64,000 nt of DNA from an uncultured Acidobacteriota bacterium (GCA_963836075.1 CAWIIB010000001.1:1280001-1344000), one strand, 5' to 3'. Shown: positions 9,854 through 19,876, counted from the first letter of the stretch. A program made the numbers and translations. Notes: generated from the letters alone by a model not told the origin.

Positions 9854-11269
9854 TCAGCCGGTGGAATCGTCGGGGTTGGTGCTGGGGCCGGAGCGCTGCT
9901 CCTCGGCCCAGACACGATCGGCCAGCTCACCGAATTCCCGTGAGTAGCGATCCAGATCACCGGCGATATCACCGAGCAGCAGGTCTGATGTCCCGTCGGA
10001 GGAGCGGGCCTCGGTGCAGGACACGCACTCCCGGAGCACTTCGGGTCGGTCGATTATCTGGCAGGGCCGCATCAGGTTCTTGTCGAATGGCTGGTTGGAC
10101 CGGATCCGCTGCAGATAGGGCGACTTCAGGGCATCCACGAATGAGTGGTCGTGAATGTTGGTATCCGAGAAATGGACAAAGGCGCACGGTTCCACGTCAC
10201 CGCGGTGATTGATGTGGAGATACTTCCTGCCGGCGGAGATACAGCCGCCGGTGAGATGGCCGTCGTTCCAGAAGTCAATGACGCCCATGGGCCTGGTGCT
10301 GCGGATCCGCTTGATGCCCTCGCGCAGCATGAGCCGCTGCTCGGGCAGGCACATCAGGTTCACATCGGGATCGCGGCCCACCGGAACGTAGCTGAAATAC
10401 CAGCCCAGCAGGCAACCCTTATCCTCGTAATAGTCGACAAAATCGTCGCTGGAAACCAGCTCGGCGTTCTGTCGGGTGGCGGTCACCGAAAAACCGAAGA
10501 GCGATTTTGCCTCTTTGAGGATCGCCATGGCGCGGCGGATGGTGGCAAAGTGCCCCTGGCCGCGGCGGAAGTCGGTCTCGCGCTCCAGGCCCTCGACACT
10601 GATGAACGGAACCACGTTTCCCAGCGTGAGAATACGGTCGCAGGTGGCCTCGTCCAGCAGGGTGCCGTTGGTGAACACCCCGAACATGCAGTCATGGTGC
10701 TCTTCGAAAAGATCGAAGAGGTCTTTCCTGAGGAACGGTTCCCCACCAGAGATGAACATCAGGTGGGTTCCCACCGCCTTGACTTCACCCACCACCCGGC
10801 TGAGCAGATCCAGGTCCAACCGTTCGCGTTTTTGATACGTGGCGGCGTAACACCCGGTGCACTTGAGGTTGCAGTCCATCAGCGGGCTGATCAGCACGGC
10901 GCTGGGCGGGTAGACATGGTGATCCTCAAGACACTGCTGCCGCTTCTCGGTACCGAACACCAGGTGGTTGAGCACCAGGTTTTCCATCAGTTTCCGACGG
11001 TAGACCGGGTCGAGGTCGCGGACGATGCGCATGATCCAGGCCAGGCTCGGATGGCCGGCCTCGAACTTGAGCCGCATCTCCCGGATCGCCTTGCGGTAGT
11101 ATTCTTTCCCCGCCACCCGCTCCAGAACGCTGGTCATGCGGATGATGGAGGAATCCGAGGCGTGGGCCAGAAGGGAGCCCAGGGTCAGGATCGTCTTTCG
11201 TTTTCCGAGGTCCTTGAGCTGCTTGAACCGAGCGGGGGCGCTTTGGGGCGCTGCCATGGCACTCACCAC
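9854..11269 (-). CDS. Radical SAM protein with C-terminal SPASM/twitch region
   Basis: CNLKCTGC, ISGGEP, FTNGTL, C-terminal GCISAGRKYLHINHRGDVEPCAFVH...RPCQIID. Confidence 0.9.
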   Translation of the reverse strand: MVSAMAAPQSAPARFKQLKDLGKRKTILTLGSLLAHASDSSIIRMTSVLERVAGKEYYRKAIREMRLKFEAGHPSLAWIMRIVRDLDPVYRRKLMENLVLNHLVFGTEKRQQCLEDHHVYPPSAVLISPLMDCNLKCTGCYAATYQKRERLDLDLLSRVVGEVKAVGTHLMFISGGEPFLRKDLFDLFEEHHDCMFGVFTNGTLLDEATCDRILTLGNVVPFISVEGLERETDFRRGQGHFATIRRAMAILKEAKSLFGFSVTATRQNAELVSSDDFVDYYEDKGCLLGWYFSYVPVGRDPDVNLMCLPEQRLMLREGIKRIRSTRPMGVIDFWNDGHLTGGCISAGRKYLHINHRGDVEPCAFVHFSDTNIHDHSFVDALKSPYLQRIRSNQPFDKNLMRPCQIIDRPEVLRECVSCTEARSSDGTSDLLLGDIAGDLDRYSREFGELADRVWAEEQRSGPSTNPDDSTG

Positions 11270-11377
11270 TTTCCTGATTGCCGCATCATCCGCCTTGGAA
11301 CAACCCTGCCCGCAAGCACCCGCCCGTCTTGAGGAGGTCGAGACCCGAAAAAATCTCTAACCGGGCCTGATGTGAAG

Positions 11378-11407
11378 AAGATAGCAGAATCACCCGAACC
11401 AAGTCAA
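11378..11407 (-). promoter_or_regulatory. Putative sigma70 promoter for the radical SAM pair
   Basis: Minus strand TTGACT-18 nt-TATCTT with extended TG. Confidence 0.45.
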
Positions 11408-11408
11408 C

Positions 11409-11432
11409 GAATCGGGGAAGCGGCCCCGATTC
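11409..11432 (-). terminator. Hairpin downstream of the NifU-domain gene
   Basis: GAATCGGGG-AAGCGG-CCCCGATTC inverted repeat. Confidence 0.55.
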
Positions 11433-11463
11433 CTCCCCGGCCGGGTGGGAAACGCTGGAGGAT

Positions 11464-11685
11464 TCAGGCCTGCTCCACGACGATTCCCGGGTCCACTTTT
11501 TCCCGCAGCATCCGTTCAATACCGTTCTTCAGGGTCATCTGGGCGCCGGGACAGCCGGCACAGGCCCCCTGGAGCCGCAGTTTGACCACTCCCGAATCTT
11601 CCACTTCCACCAGCTCAACGTCGCCGCCGTCGGCCTGCAGCATGGGCCGGATCTCTTCGATAACCTTTGCTACTTTTTCCTGCAT
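11464..11685 (-). CDS. NifU C-terminal (Nfu) domain Fe-S cluster carrier protein
   Basis: IRPMLQADGGDVELV...LQGACAGCPGAQMTLKNGIE signature. Confidence 0.93.
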   Translation of the reverse strand: MQEKVAKVIEEIRPMLQADGGDVELVEVEDSGVVKLRLQGACAGCPGAQMTLKNGIERMLREKVDPGIVVEQA

Positions 11686-11906
11686 GGTCGATCTCCCACT
11701 GGTCGATGTAAACAACATAAAAAGACCGGACCCCCAAGGGTCCGGAACGGATCAGAATCTACCACAGCAACCCGGCTGAGTCAAAGCAATGACAACCGCA
11801 GCACAACCGAAACCGCGCGGTTTTGACTCGCTCTCGAGCCCTGTGCTACCATCCGCATTCTTGTCATCTAGCGGGACATCGTGCCCTGCCGGAGGGGAGA
11901 ACGGTA

Positions 11907-12704
11907 ATGGCGGAAACCATACAGCTGGAAATCGCCGGTATCTGCGTGGAATACCGGCTGGGCAGCGAAAAACTGGCCAGGGATATCCGGCACGAGATGG
12001 GCGAATTCCTCTCCGGGGAGCCGGCGGAGCTGTCCCTCGACCTGTCCCTGCTCCAGGAACACCGCTCCCCCGGTTGGCTGCCGCTCTCCCTCACCGAGGA
12101 GGGCAACGAGTTCCGCGTGGACCGACATGACATGAGCTGCCGTATCGACCTCTCCAGCGGGAGTGGATGCGGAGAGATGGCCGAAAACACGTTTGCTTTC
12201 GGCACCTTTCTCCGCGGCCTCTACTCGCGCCTGCTCCTCGACCGCCAGGGAATCATCCTCCACGCCAGCGCCGTGATCAGGAACGGCCAAGCCTACGCCT
12301 TCACCGGCCCCAGCGGCTCGGGGAAAACCACAATTGCCCTGCTGGCCGAGGAGAATCGGCTGATCACCGACGAGCTGCTGATCCTGCGCCGTTCCGCCGG
12401 GGGGGACGTGCAGGTCTGCGGCACACCCTTCATCGGCGACTCGGTGCAGACCGGTCTGAATATCCGGCAGCCGCTGCGGCGGCTGTTCTACCTCCACCAG
12501 GCCCTGGGGAACCGGATCGAACCGATGAAATTGAAGAACGCCATCACCCTGGCCATGGGGCAGGTGATGTTCTTCGACCGGTCGCCGCGGCAGATGACCC
12601 GCCTGCTGGACCTGCTGGGCCAGCTGCTGGCCGATCTCGAACCCTGCGAACTGCACTTCCTGCCTGAGCCCACGGTGTGGGATCTCATTGACCGTCTGGG
12701 ATGA
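11907..12704 (+). CDS. HprK-related P-loop kinase
   Basis: LHASAV...AFTGPSGSGKTT...ITDELL...GTPF; GGAG RBS before ATG 11907; TTGACT-18-TACCAT upstream. Confidence 0.75.
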   Translation: MAETIQLEIAGICVEYRLGSEKLARDIRHEMGEFLSGEPAELSLDLSLLQEHRSPGWLPLSLTEEGNEFRVDRHDMSCRIDLSSGSGCGEMAENTFAFGTFLRGLYSRLLLDRQGIILHASAVIRNGQAYAFTGPSGSGKTTIALLAEENRLITDELLILRRSAGGDVQVCGTPFIGDSVQTGLNIRQPLRRLFYLHQALGNRIEPMKLKNAITLAMGQVMFFDRSPRQMTRLLDLLGQLLADLEPCELHFLPEPTVWDLIDRLG

Positions 12705-14044
12705 GGGGGACCGGCGTGATGGCCCAGGACGTATTCAACCTTGCCCGTACCCGGATGGTGGAGCTGTGCGGAATCCGCCTGCCCCAGGGCCTGGGGGAAA
12801 ACCTGGTGCGGGAGACGCAGACCGGAGCGCTCAACTGGAACCTGGTGATGGCGCTGGCCTCCCGTAACCGGACCGTTTCATTTCTCCACGCAGCGATAAA
12901 AAAGCTGGGTGTGGCCGACCGGCTGCCCCGGCCGCTGACCGAGCATCTCCGGCAGGAATACCTTCACAACTACCAGCGCAACCTCGCCTTCGAGAGCGAG
13001 GTCAAGCAGCTGCTGGAGAGCTTCAGGGCGGCGGACCTGCCGCTGATCGTGCTCCGCGGGGTGATGATGTCGGAAAAGGTGTTCGGCAATCCGGCGCTGC
13101 GCACCAGCAACGACATCGACATCCTGATCCGCCGCCGGGACCTGCCCCGGATCAAGGAAACAGTGCACCCGCTCGGTTTTGTCCAGGACCCGCGGTCCCT
13201 GGACGACGAGTTCTACGAACGGCACCACCTGCACCTGCCGTATCTCAAAAGGGAGCGCCTGGTGCTGCTGGAAATCCACTGGAGCTACGACCACAAATAC
13301 ACGCCATTCAACATCGACACCGCGGCCACCTTCCACAGTGCACGCACCATCGACTACCAGGGCATGGAAGCGCTGGAGCTGGGCCCGGAAGACCTGCTGG
13401 TGATGCTCTGCCTGCACGCCTTCAAGCACTCCTGCTCGATCAAGTACACCCATGGCCGGCCCGAGGCCGAAGAGATGGTGCTCTCCGACGGCGCATTGAT
13501 GCAGTTCCTCGACCTGCAGTACGGTATCGAGTATGCCAGGCCGGACATCGACTGGGAGTTGATGCGCGCCCGGGTGGCCGACTGGAACCTGCAGGTCCCG
13601 GTGCTTGCCGCGCTGCGGGTGATGGAGTCGTTCTTCCGCCACGACCCGCAGAGCCGCGTGCCGGAACTGCCCGGCGACCCCCCGGTGGGCCGCCTCGAGC
13701 GCGCCTGCTTCTCCGCCCTCTCCGGGATGATGCTCCCGACACGACAACAGCAGCAGAACCAGGGCGGGCTTTACCGCCGCTTCGACAAAATCACCAAGGT
13801 CTTCTTCTTCAACACCGTGCGGCTCTTCGACATCGTGTCATACATCATCCCCTCGCCAGGATTCCTCCGGGGCCGCTATCCCCGGTGGCCGAAAACGCTG
13901 CTGCCCCTGCTCTACCCCTGGCACCTGCTGGTCTTTGCCGGCCAGGCCGCGCTGAACCTGCTGGACATGGTCCGCTTCGCTGTCCGCAAAAAGCTTCGTG
14001 GGCCGGTGGAATCACCCTTTGGACCGCCGGCGACCAAGGGTTGA
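12701..14044 (+). CDS. Nucleotidyltransferase family protein (NTP_transf_5-like)
   Basis: LIVLRG...RTSNDIDILI, LEIHW, LCLHAFKH; ATGA overlap with the kinase stop. Confidence 0.8.
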   Translation: MRGTGVMAQDVFNLARTRMVELCGIRLPQGLGENLVRETQTGALNWNLVMALASRNRTVSFLHAAIKKLGVADRLPRPLTEHLRQEYLHNYQRNLAFESEVKQLLESFRAADLPLIVLRGVMMSEKVFGNPALRTSNDIDILIRRRDLPRIKETVHPLGFVQDPRSLDDEFYERHHLHLPYLKRERLVLLEIHWSYDHKYTPFNIDTAATFHSARTIDYQGMEALELGPEDLLVMLCLHAFKHSCSIKYTHGRPEAEEMVLSDGALMQFLDLQYGIEYARPDIDWELMRARVADWNLQVPVLAALRVMESFFRHDPQSRVPELPGDPPVGRLERACFSALSGMMLPTRQQQQNQGGLYRRFDKITKVFFFNTVRLFDIVSYIIPSPGFLRGRYPRWPKTLLPLLYPWHLLVFAGQAALNLLDMVRFAVRKKLRGPVESPFGPPATKG

Positions 14045-14069
14045 CAGGGCCCGAAGGTTGACCTATTCT
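14041..14069 (+). promoter_or_regulatory. Sigma70-type promoter for tnaA
   Basis: TTGACA-17 nt-TATTCT. Confidence 0.6.
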
Positions 14070-14120
14070 GGCCACGGAACTATTTCACTCTTCACGAGTT
14101 ACCCCTGATTGAGAGGCGAC

Positions 14121-15494
14121 ATGCGAACCATATTCGAGCCCTACCGCGTCAAGATGGTGGAACCGATCCGGATGACCACCCGTGCCGAACGGGAAGAGAT
14201 CATCCGCACGGCCGGCTACAACCTCTTCCTGGTCAAGTCCGAGGACGTGATCTTCGACTTTCTCACCGACTCGGGAACCGGCGCGATGAGCGCGGCACAG
14301 TGGGCCGCACTGATGCTCGGTGACGAGAGCTATGCCGGCTCCCCCAGCTTCTACCGTTTTGAAGAGAAGGTCCGCCAGTTGACCGGGTATGAGCACGTAA
14401 TCCCCACCCACCAGGGCCGGGCGGCGGAGACGATCCTTTTCGCCGTCACCGGCGGCAAGGGCAAGGCGGTGCCGAACAACAACCACTTCGACACCACCCG
14501 GGCCAACATCGAGTACACCGGCGCCGACGCCGTGGACCTGGTGATCGCCGAGGGGAAGGACCCCCAGTTGGACTACCCGTTCAAGGGGAACATCGACCAC
14601 GACGCGCTGGAGAGCTTCATCGCTTCCCGGGGTACGGAAAACATCCCCCTGGGGATGACCACGGTGACCAACAACTCCGGTGGCGGCCAGCCGGTCTCCA
14701 TGGCCAACATCCGGCGGACCTCGGAGATCCTCAAATCCCACGGGATCCCCTTCTTCCTCGACGCCTGCCGCTTTGCCGAAAACTCTTACTTCATCAAGCT
14801 TCGCGAGCCGGGCTATGCGGACAAGAATGTACGTGACATCGCCCGGGAGATGTTCGACCTGGCCGACGGCTGCACCATGAGCGCCAAGAAGGACGGCCTG
14901 GTGAACATCGGCGGCTTCCTGGCCCTGCGTGACGGGGACCTGGCCGCCAAGTGCCGCGACCTGCTGATCCTCCACGAGGGTTTCCCCACTTACGGCGGCC
15001 TGGCCGGCCGCGACCTGGAGGCCATCGCCCAGGGGCTGGAGGAGGTGCTGGACGAGAACTACCTGCAGTACCGGCTGGCGGTGACCCGCTACCTCACCGA
15101 GGGGCTGAACTCACGCGGATTCCCCACCCTGCAGCCCCCGGGCGGCCATGCGGTCTATCTCGACGCCGCCGGTTTCCTGCCCCACATCCCGCCGGAGCAG
15201 TTCCCGGGCCAGGCCCTGTCGGTGGAGCTCTATCTGGCGGGCGGTATCCGCTCGGTGGAGATCGGCAGCGTGATGTTCGGCAAGCGGGACAAGCAGACCG
15301 GCGGGTTCATCCCGGCCAGCATGGAGCTGGTGCGCATGGCCATGCCGCGGCGGGTCTACACCCAGAGCCACGCCGACTGCGTGCTGGAATCGGTGGAAGC
15401 GATCGTGGAGAACAAGTCGAAGATGCGGGGGATGAAGATCGTCTACGAACCGGACTTCCTGCGGCATTTTACCGCGCGTTTCGAGTGGGTGTAG
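14121..15494 (+). CDS. tnaA: Tryptophanase
   Basis: EPYRVKMVEPI, DFLTDSGTGAMS, PTHQGRAAE, MSAKKD (PLP lysine), YGGLAGRD; C-terminal LRHFTARF has the His of tryptophanase rather than the Phe of tyrosine phenol-lyase. Confidence 0.92.
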   Translation: MRTIFEPYRVKMVEPIRMTTRAEREEIIRTAGYNLFLVKSEDVIFDFLTDSGTGAMSAAQWAALMLGDESYAGSPSFYRFEEKVRQLTGYEHVIPTHQGRAAETILFAVTGGKGKAVPNNNHFDTTRANIEYTGADAVDLVIAEGKDPQLDYPFKGNIDHDALESFIASRGTENIPLGMTTVTNNSGGGQPVSMANIRRTSEILKSHGIPFFLDACRFAENSYFIKLREPGYADKNVRDIAREMFDLADGCTMSAKKDGLVNIGGFLALRDGDLAAKCRDLLILHEGFPTYGGLAGRDLEAIAQGLEEVLDENYLQYRLAVTRYLTEGLNSRGFPTLQPPGGHAVYLDAAGFLPHIPPEQFPGQALSVELYLAGGIRSVEIGSVMFGKRDKQTGGFIPASMELVRMAMPRRVYTQSHADCVLESVEAIVENKSKMRGMKIVYEPDFLRHFTARFEWV

Positions 15495-15497
15495 TAG

Positions 15498-16529
15498 TTA
15501 GTCGCTGATCTTCAGCACCACTTTGCCGAACTGCTTGCCCGCCTCGAGGTATTCCTGTGCCTGACGGCCCTCCTGCAGGGGGAAGACCCGGTCGATCACC
15601 GGCCGCAGACCGGCCTGGCCGACAAAGGCGAGCATATCCCTGAACTCGCCCCGGCTGCCCATGGTGGAGCCGAGCACCGAGAGCTGGTTCCAGAAGATCC
15701 GGGCCACGTCGGTCCTGGGGTTCGGCCCGCTGGTGGCGCCGCAGGTGACCAGCCGCCCCCCCTTGCGCAGGGCGTGCAGGCTGGCCTTCCAGGTGGCGGC
15801 GCCCACGTTGTCCAGCACCACGTCCACCCCCCGCCCGCCGGTGAGCCGCCGGACCTCCCGGGCCACGTTCTCGCAGGCGGTGTAGTCGATGCCCTTCCAG
15901 GCCCCCAGGTCCGCCGCCCGGCCCAGCTTCTCCGCCGAGCTGGAGGTGACGATGGTCCGCAGGCCCATCGCCCGGCCGAGGATCAGCGCGGCACAGGCCA
16001 CCCCGCCGCCGATGCCGTGGATCAGCACCGTCTCTCCGGGGAGCGCCGCGGCACGGGTGACCAGCATCCGCCAGGCGGTGATGAAGGTCAGGGGAAAGGC
16101 GGCCGCCTCCTCGAACCCCATGCCCTCGGGAACCGGGTGGACATTGGGCCAGGGCACGGCCACGTAATCGGCAAACGTGCCGTCGGTCCCCTCCCCCAGC
16201 AGCTTGAAGTCCACACAGAGGCTCTGCTCACCCCGGAGACAGAACTCGCAGCGCCCGCAGCCCAGGCTGGGGTCGAAACAGACCGCCTGCCCCGGCTCCA
16301 GGCCATTTACCCCCGGGCCCACCCGTTCCACCACTCCCGATCCGTCGGCCCCCTGAATGGAGGGATAACTGGCGCCGGGGAGACCCCGCCGGACCCAGAG
16401 GTCAAGATGGTTCAGCGCGGCGCAACGCATGCGCACCAGCACCTGGCCCGGTGCGGGCGCTGGCACATCCCGCTCCTCCAGCCACACCATTTCCGGGCCG
16501 CCCGGGGCAGTCACGATCAGGGCTCTCAT
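15498..16529 (-). CDS. Zinc-binding dehydrogenase (MDR family)
   Basis: ALNHLDLW, CGRCEFC...C structural Zn site, HGIGGGV, CGATSG, FGKVVL. Confidence 0.9.
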   Translation of the reverse strand: MRALIVTAPGGPEMVWLEERDVPAPAPGQVLVRMRCAALNHLDLWVRRGLPGASYPSIQGADGSGVVERVGPGVNGLEPGQAVCFDPSLGCGRCEFCLRGEQSLCVDFKLLGEGTDGTFADYVAVPWPNVHPVPEGMGFEEAAAFPLTFITAWRMLVTRAAALPGETVLIHGIGGGVACAALILGRAMGLRTIVTSSSAEKLGRAADLGAWKGIDYTACENVAREVRRLTGGRGVDVVLDNVGAATWKASLHALRKGGRLVTCGATSGPNPRTDVARIFWNQLSVLGSTMGSRGEFRDMLAFVGQAGLRPVIDRVFPLQEGRQAQEYLEAGKQFGKVVLKISD

Positions 16530-16554
16530 GACGGAATTCCTCCTGCGGTTTCAC

Positions 16555-19527
16555 TTACTCCGGCTTGAGCACCGCCCCCTGGGCCGTGCGCCCGTCGATC
16601 CGGATCTCCAGGGCAGAGTCGAGACGGACGTGGCGGATAAAACGGGATTCGGCCGCCGCGGGCAGGCTGTCCAGCCAGGACCAGTTAATGAAATGGTGCT
16701 CCTGTTGGCGCCGGATGGTCAGATACCCGATCTGCAGGGCGGTGAGGTTCTGGAAGAAATGGGTTCCCTGGGACGGCTTGACCCGGAAGTCCTTCAACTC
16801 GGCTTCGACGATCACCCGTGCCTCCGAGATCTGGTCCCAGTCAACCGGGATGCCCAGCCAGGGGTCGGCGGTTCCCCACCGCCCCGGCCCGATGAGCAGG
16901 TAGGACCGGCCCTCCTCTTTCAGCTGGAAATTGAGCCGCCCCACCTCCTCGGCAATGGCCACGGTCTGGCCGGCATCGAAGGTGTCCGGCCTGACGTAGA
17001 TGATGTCCCCCACGTCCTCGTAGATCCCGGTGCCCAGGGCGGTGCTGGTGGAGCAGACCAGTTGTTCTTTCGCCAATTGCTCCAGGTCCAGTGCGCTGTT
17101 CTCCCTGGCCGACGCCATGGGACGGATCTGCAGAAATCCAAAACGGCGTGGCTGGCCGGGAGCCGTGTCCATGTCCACGGCGAATTCCAGTTCAACGTGG
17201 CACCCCATGCCCTTCTCCCCCAGCTGCAACAGGTAGCAGAGAATCTCGGGCAAAGGGAAGATGCCGGTCTTCAACACGTGGGCAAAGGTGACCAGCGGCA
17301 CCCCCGGCCGGTGTACGCCATCGCTGATGGAATCGTTCTCCGGCGAATAGATCGACCCCACGTGGGCCAGCGGCCCGTCCTGCCGGGCCGCGTCCAGTTC
17401 CAGGCGGAGGATCCCCGCGTCCGGGTCAAGCCCCGGCATTCGCCCGGGCTGGCTCATGTCCAGGGCAAAGAAATCGCGCTGTGAATTCTCCAGCACATCG
17501 TCCGTGGACGAAAACTGGGGCAGAATCCGCGGCTGCTCGGGGCTGAACCGCAGAACGTTCCCGCCCTCCACCACCATCTTGCCCAGGCCCAGGGCCACCA
17601 GTGCCACCCCGTCCTCGGCAAGCATCCCGGTCACCGGATAGAAGTTGTGCGAGTGAGCCACACCGGCAAAGGAGGGATAGGCCCGCTGGCCGAAGCACTG
17701 CCCCACCACCTTCTGCAGCACCACGGCCATCTTCTCTTCCTCTGTGCGGCTGCCGGTGGCCCGGAGGTAGGCCTTGGCGGCCTTGAAGTAGGTCGAGGCG
17801 TATACCAGTTTGATCGCCGCGCAGAGCTGGTCCAGACGGACCTCCAGGTCCTCGTGGTTGTTGGCGATCATATAGGTGCTGTAGATGCCGGCAAAGGGCT
17901 GGTACTGCGAGTCCTCCAGCAGGCTCGAGGAACGGATGGCCAGCGGGTAATCCACATGTTCGAGGAAGACGCGCAGGTCGTCGCTGATCCCCGGGGGCAT
18001 CCGGGCATGGAGAAAGGCCGTGGCGATCTCCTCGTCCTTTACCGATCCCAGGGCGATGGCGTGCAGGCGGTTGTGCTCAATGAACTCGTCGAAGATGTCG
18101 GTGCCGATGACCGCCATGGACGGCACCTCCACCCGCACCCCCTCGAATTTTCGCTGCACCTCGTATTCGGCCAGCATGGCGTTGATAAAGGCCAGCCCCC
18201 GGGCCTTGCCCCCCAGAGAACCGCCGCCGATCCGCACGCAGGTAAAGCTGGCGTCGAAGTTCAGACGCGAGAACTCGGCGATCACCCCGCGCTGGATCAG
18301 TTCGCGGTGCTCGGAAAATGTACGGATCAGATAGTTCCGCAGTTCGTCGATGGTGGCGAACTCGGAGATCCCCACCGGGCGGATCATCGAGGCCAGGGTG
18401 AACTCGGTGCGGGCACGGAGCCAGTGGGAAAAGTGGTTGCGGCTGGCATGGTATTGCAGCGACTCCTCGGAAATCGTGCGCAGGGTGTCCACCATGCTCC
18501 GCAGGTCCGCGGCCCGGCCGACCTCGTGACCGTCGGGGGAGCGAAAGACGAAATCGCCGAATCCCAGGTGGGAGAGCAGGAACCGGCGCAGTTCGAAGAG
18601 CAGGTGTGCCGACCCCTTGTTGATGAACGAGACTCCCAGACGATGGGCAATCTCGGCCAGTTCCAGGTTCGAGGTCTGGAGCACGCAGGCCAGACCTGGA
18701 TCGGCCTCCTTGATCAGCCGCAGGAAGGTCAGACCGGCCGCCGCCTCCTTGACCCCGCCCATTGGAAACCGGGCATCGGAGATCACCCCAAGCAGGTATT
18801 TGCGGTAGCGGGAGAAGAGTTCCACACCCTCCTCGAAGGTATTGGCCAGCAGGATTTTGGGCCGGGCCCTCATCCGCAGCAGCTTGTGGCTCATGTTGAC
18901 CCCTTCCTCCATCAGGGACTGAGTCTGTTTCATCACCTCGGTATAGATCAGGGGGAGGAAAGATGAGTAGAAGCGGACCGAATCCTCCACCAGGAGGATC
19001 ACCCGGACCTCGCCGCTGCTGGTGTCGTTATCCACGTTCATCCGGTCCTCGGCCAGTTTGATCATGGCCAGCAGTATCCGCACGTCGCCGGTCCAGAGGA
19101 AGATGCCGGAAAAATCACCCAGGGCCCGGCGGTCCTGCATCCGGGTCAGCTCCCGCAGGTGGTAGGCCAGCAACATGATGGTCAGGTCGGGGGCAAGGGT
19201 CTTCACCTCCCGGCTGAACGAGGCCGGGTCCATGTCGCCCAGCCTGCTGGCGGTGATCACCAGGTCGTATTTCTGCTTGGCGATCCGCTCCAGGGCATGG
19301 CCGGCGCTGGAAACCCTGTCCATGACCGGGGGTTGGCTGAGGTTCAACTCGAGGTATTCACAACTCAGCAGGTCGGAGAGCCGTCCATCCTCTTCGAGGA
19401 TATACGAATCGTAGAGGCTGGAGACCAGAAGGATCTTCTGCACCCGCCGGCTCATCAGGTGCTGGAAACCGGCGAAGTGGCGGCCCACGCCACCGGGAAG
19501 TTGCGGCAGGTGTATGCGGTCTTCCAT
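16555..19527 (-). CDS. Receiver-like domains fused to a PEP synthase/PPDK nucleotide-binding domain
   Basis: ILLVEDS receiver-like segments; GSLGGKARGL, PLAIRSSSLLED, FAGIYST, EKMAVVLQ, GLGKMVVEG; no phospho-His swivel or PEP-binding barrel recognised. Confidence 0.82.
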   Translation of the reverse strand: MEDRIHLPQLPGGVGRHFAGFQHLMSRRVQKILLVSSLYDSYILEEDGRLSDLLSCEYLELNLSQPPVMDRVSSAGHALERIAKQKYDLVITASRLGDMDPASFSREVKTLAPDLTIMLLAYHLRELTRMQDRRALGDFSGIFLWTGDVRILLAMIKLAEDRMNVDNDTSSGEVRVILLVEDSVRFYSSFLPLIYTEVMKQTQSLMEEGVNMSHKLLRMRARPKILLANTFEEGVELFSRYRKYLLGVISDARFPMGGVKEAAAGLTFLRLIKEADPGLACVLQTSNLELAEIAHRLGVSFINKGSAHLLFELRRFLLSHLGFGDFVFRSPDGHEVGRAADLRSMVDTLRTISEESLQYHASRNHFSHWLRARTEFTLASMIRPVGISEFATIDELRNYLIRTFSEHRELIQRGVIAEFSRLNFDASFTCVRIGGGSLGGKARGLAFINAMLAEYEVQRKFEGVRVEVPSMAVIGTDIFDEFIEHNRLHAIALGSVKDEEIATAFLHARMPPGISDDLRVFLEHVDYPLAIRSSSLLEDSQYQPFAGIYSTYMIANNHEDLEVRLDQLCAAIKLVYASTYFKAAKAYLRATGSRTEEEKMAVVLQKVVGQCFGQRAYPSFAGVAHSHNFYPVTGMLAEDGVALVALGLGKMVVEGGNVLRFSPEQPRILPQFSSTDDVLENSQRDFFALDMSQPGRMPGLDPDAGILRLELDAARQDGPLAHVGSIYSPENDSISDGVHRPGVPLVTFAHVLKTGIFPLPEILCYLLQLGEKGMGCHVELEFAVDMDTAPGQPRRFGFLQIRPMASARENSALDLEQLAKEQLVCSTSTALGTGIYEDVGDIIYVRPDTFDAGQTVAIAEEVGRLNFQLKEEGRSYLLIGPGRWGTADPWLGIPVDWDQISEARVIVEAELKDFRVKPSQGTHFFQNLTALQIGYLTIRRQQEHHFINWSWLDSLPAAAESRFIRHVRLDSALEIRIDGRTAQGAVLKPE

Positions 19528-19806
19528 GAGCTTCACCCGGTTCCGCCTGGCGGAATATCGTCCGCCGGCACCGTGCATTGGTCATCGTTTCCGGGAAGGG
19601 TTGACCGATCAAGCATAATACGGTGGCTGCAGGACTTCAACAGACCAGAGCGGCCCGGAAAACCGGCCCCACCGTCACCAGGGGTAACCGGCGGGCGCCG
19701 GAAAAGAAATTCGGCATGGCCGCAGTGATTGGCAGCAACGAACAATGCTTTTACAAACAACAACTTAGAGCGAAACACGGAAAACCGGCCGCAGAGCGGG
19801 AACGCT

Positions 19807-19836
19807 TTGACAATCATGGTTGCCGATCATTATAAT
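19807..19836 (+). promoter_or_regulatory. Consensus sigma70 promoter for gdhA
   Basis: TTGACA (19807-19812)-18 nt-TATAAT (19831-19836). Confidence 0.8.
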
Positions 19837-19876
19837 GGCACCTTCGTTGAGCGCCCCCCCCGGGGCCATGTGATAG

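Noticed and set aside
14070-14120. Possible TnaC-like leader peptide upstream of tnaA
   Set aside because: The leader is only about 45 nt from the predicted promoter and contains no suitable Trp-containing ORF.
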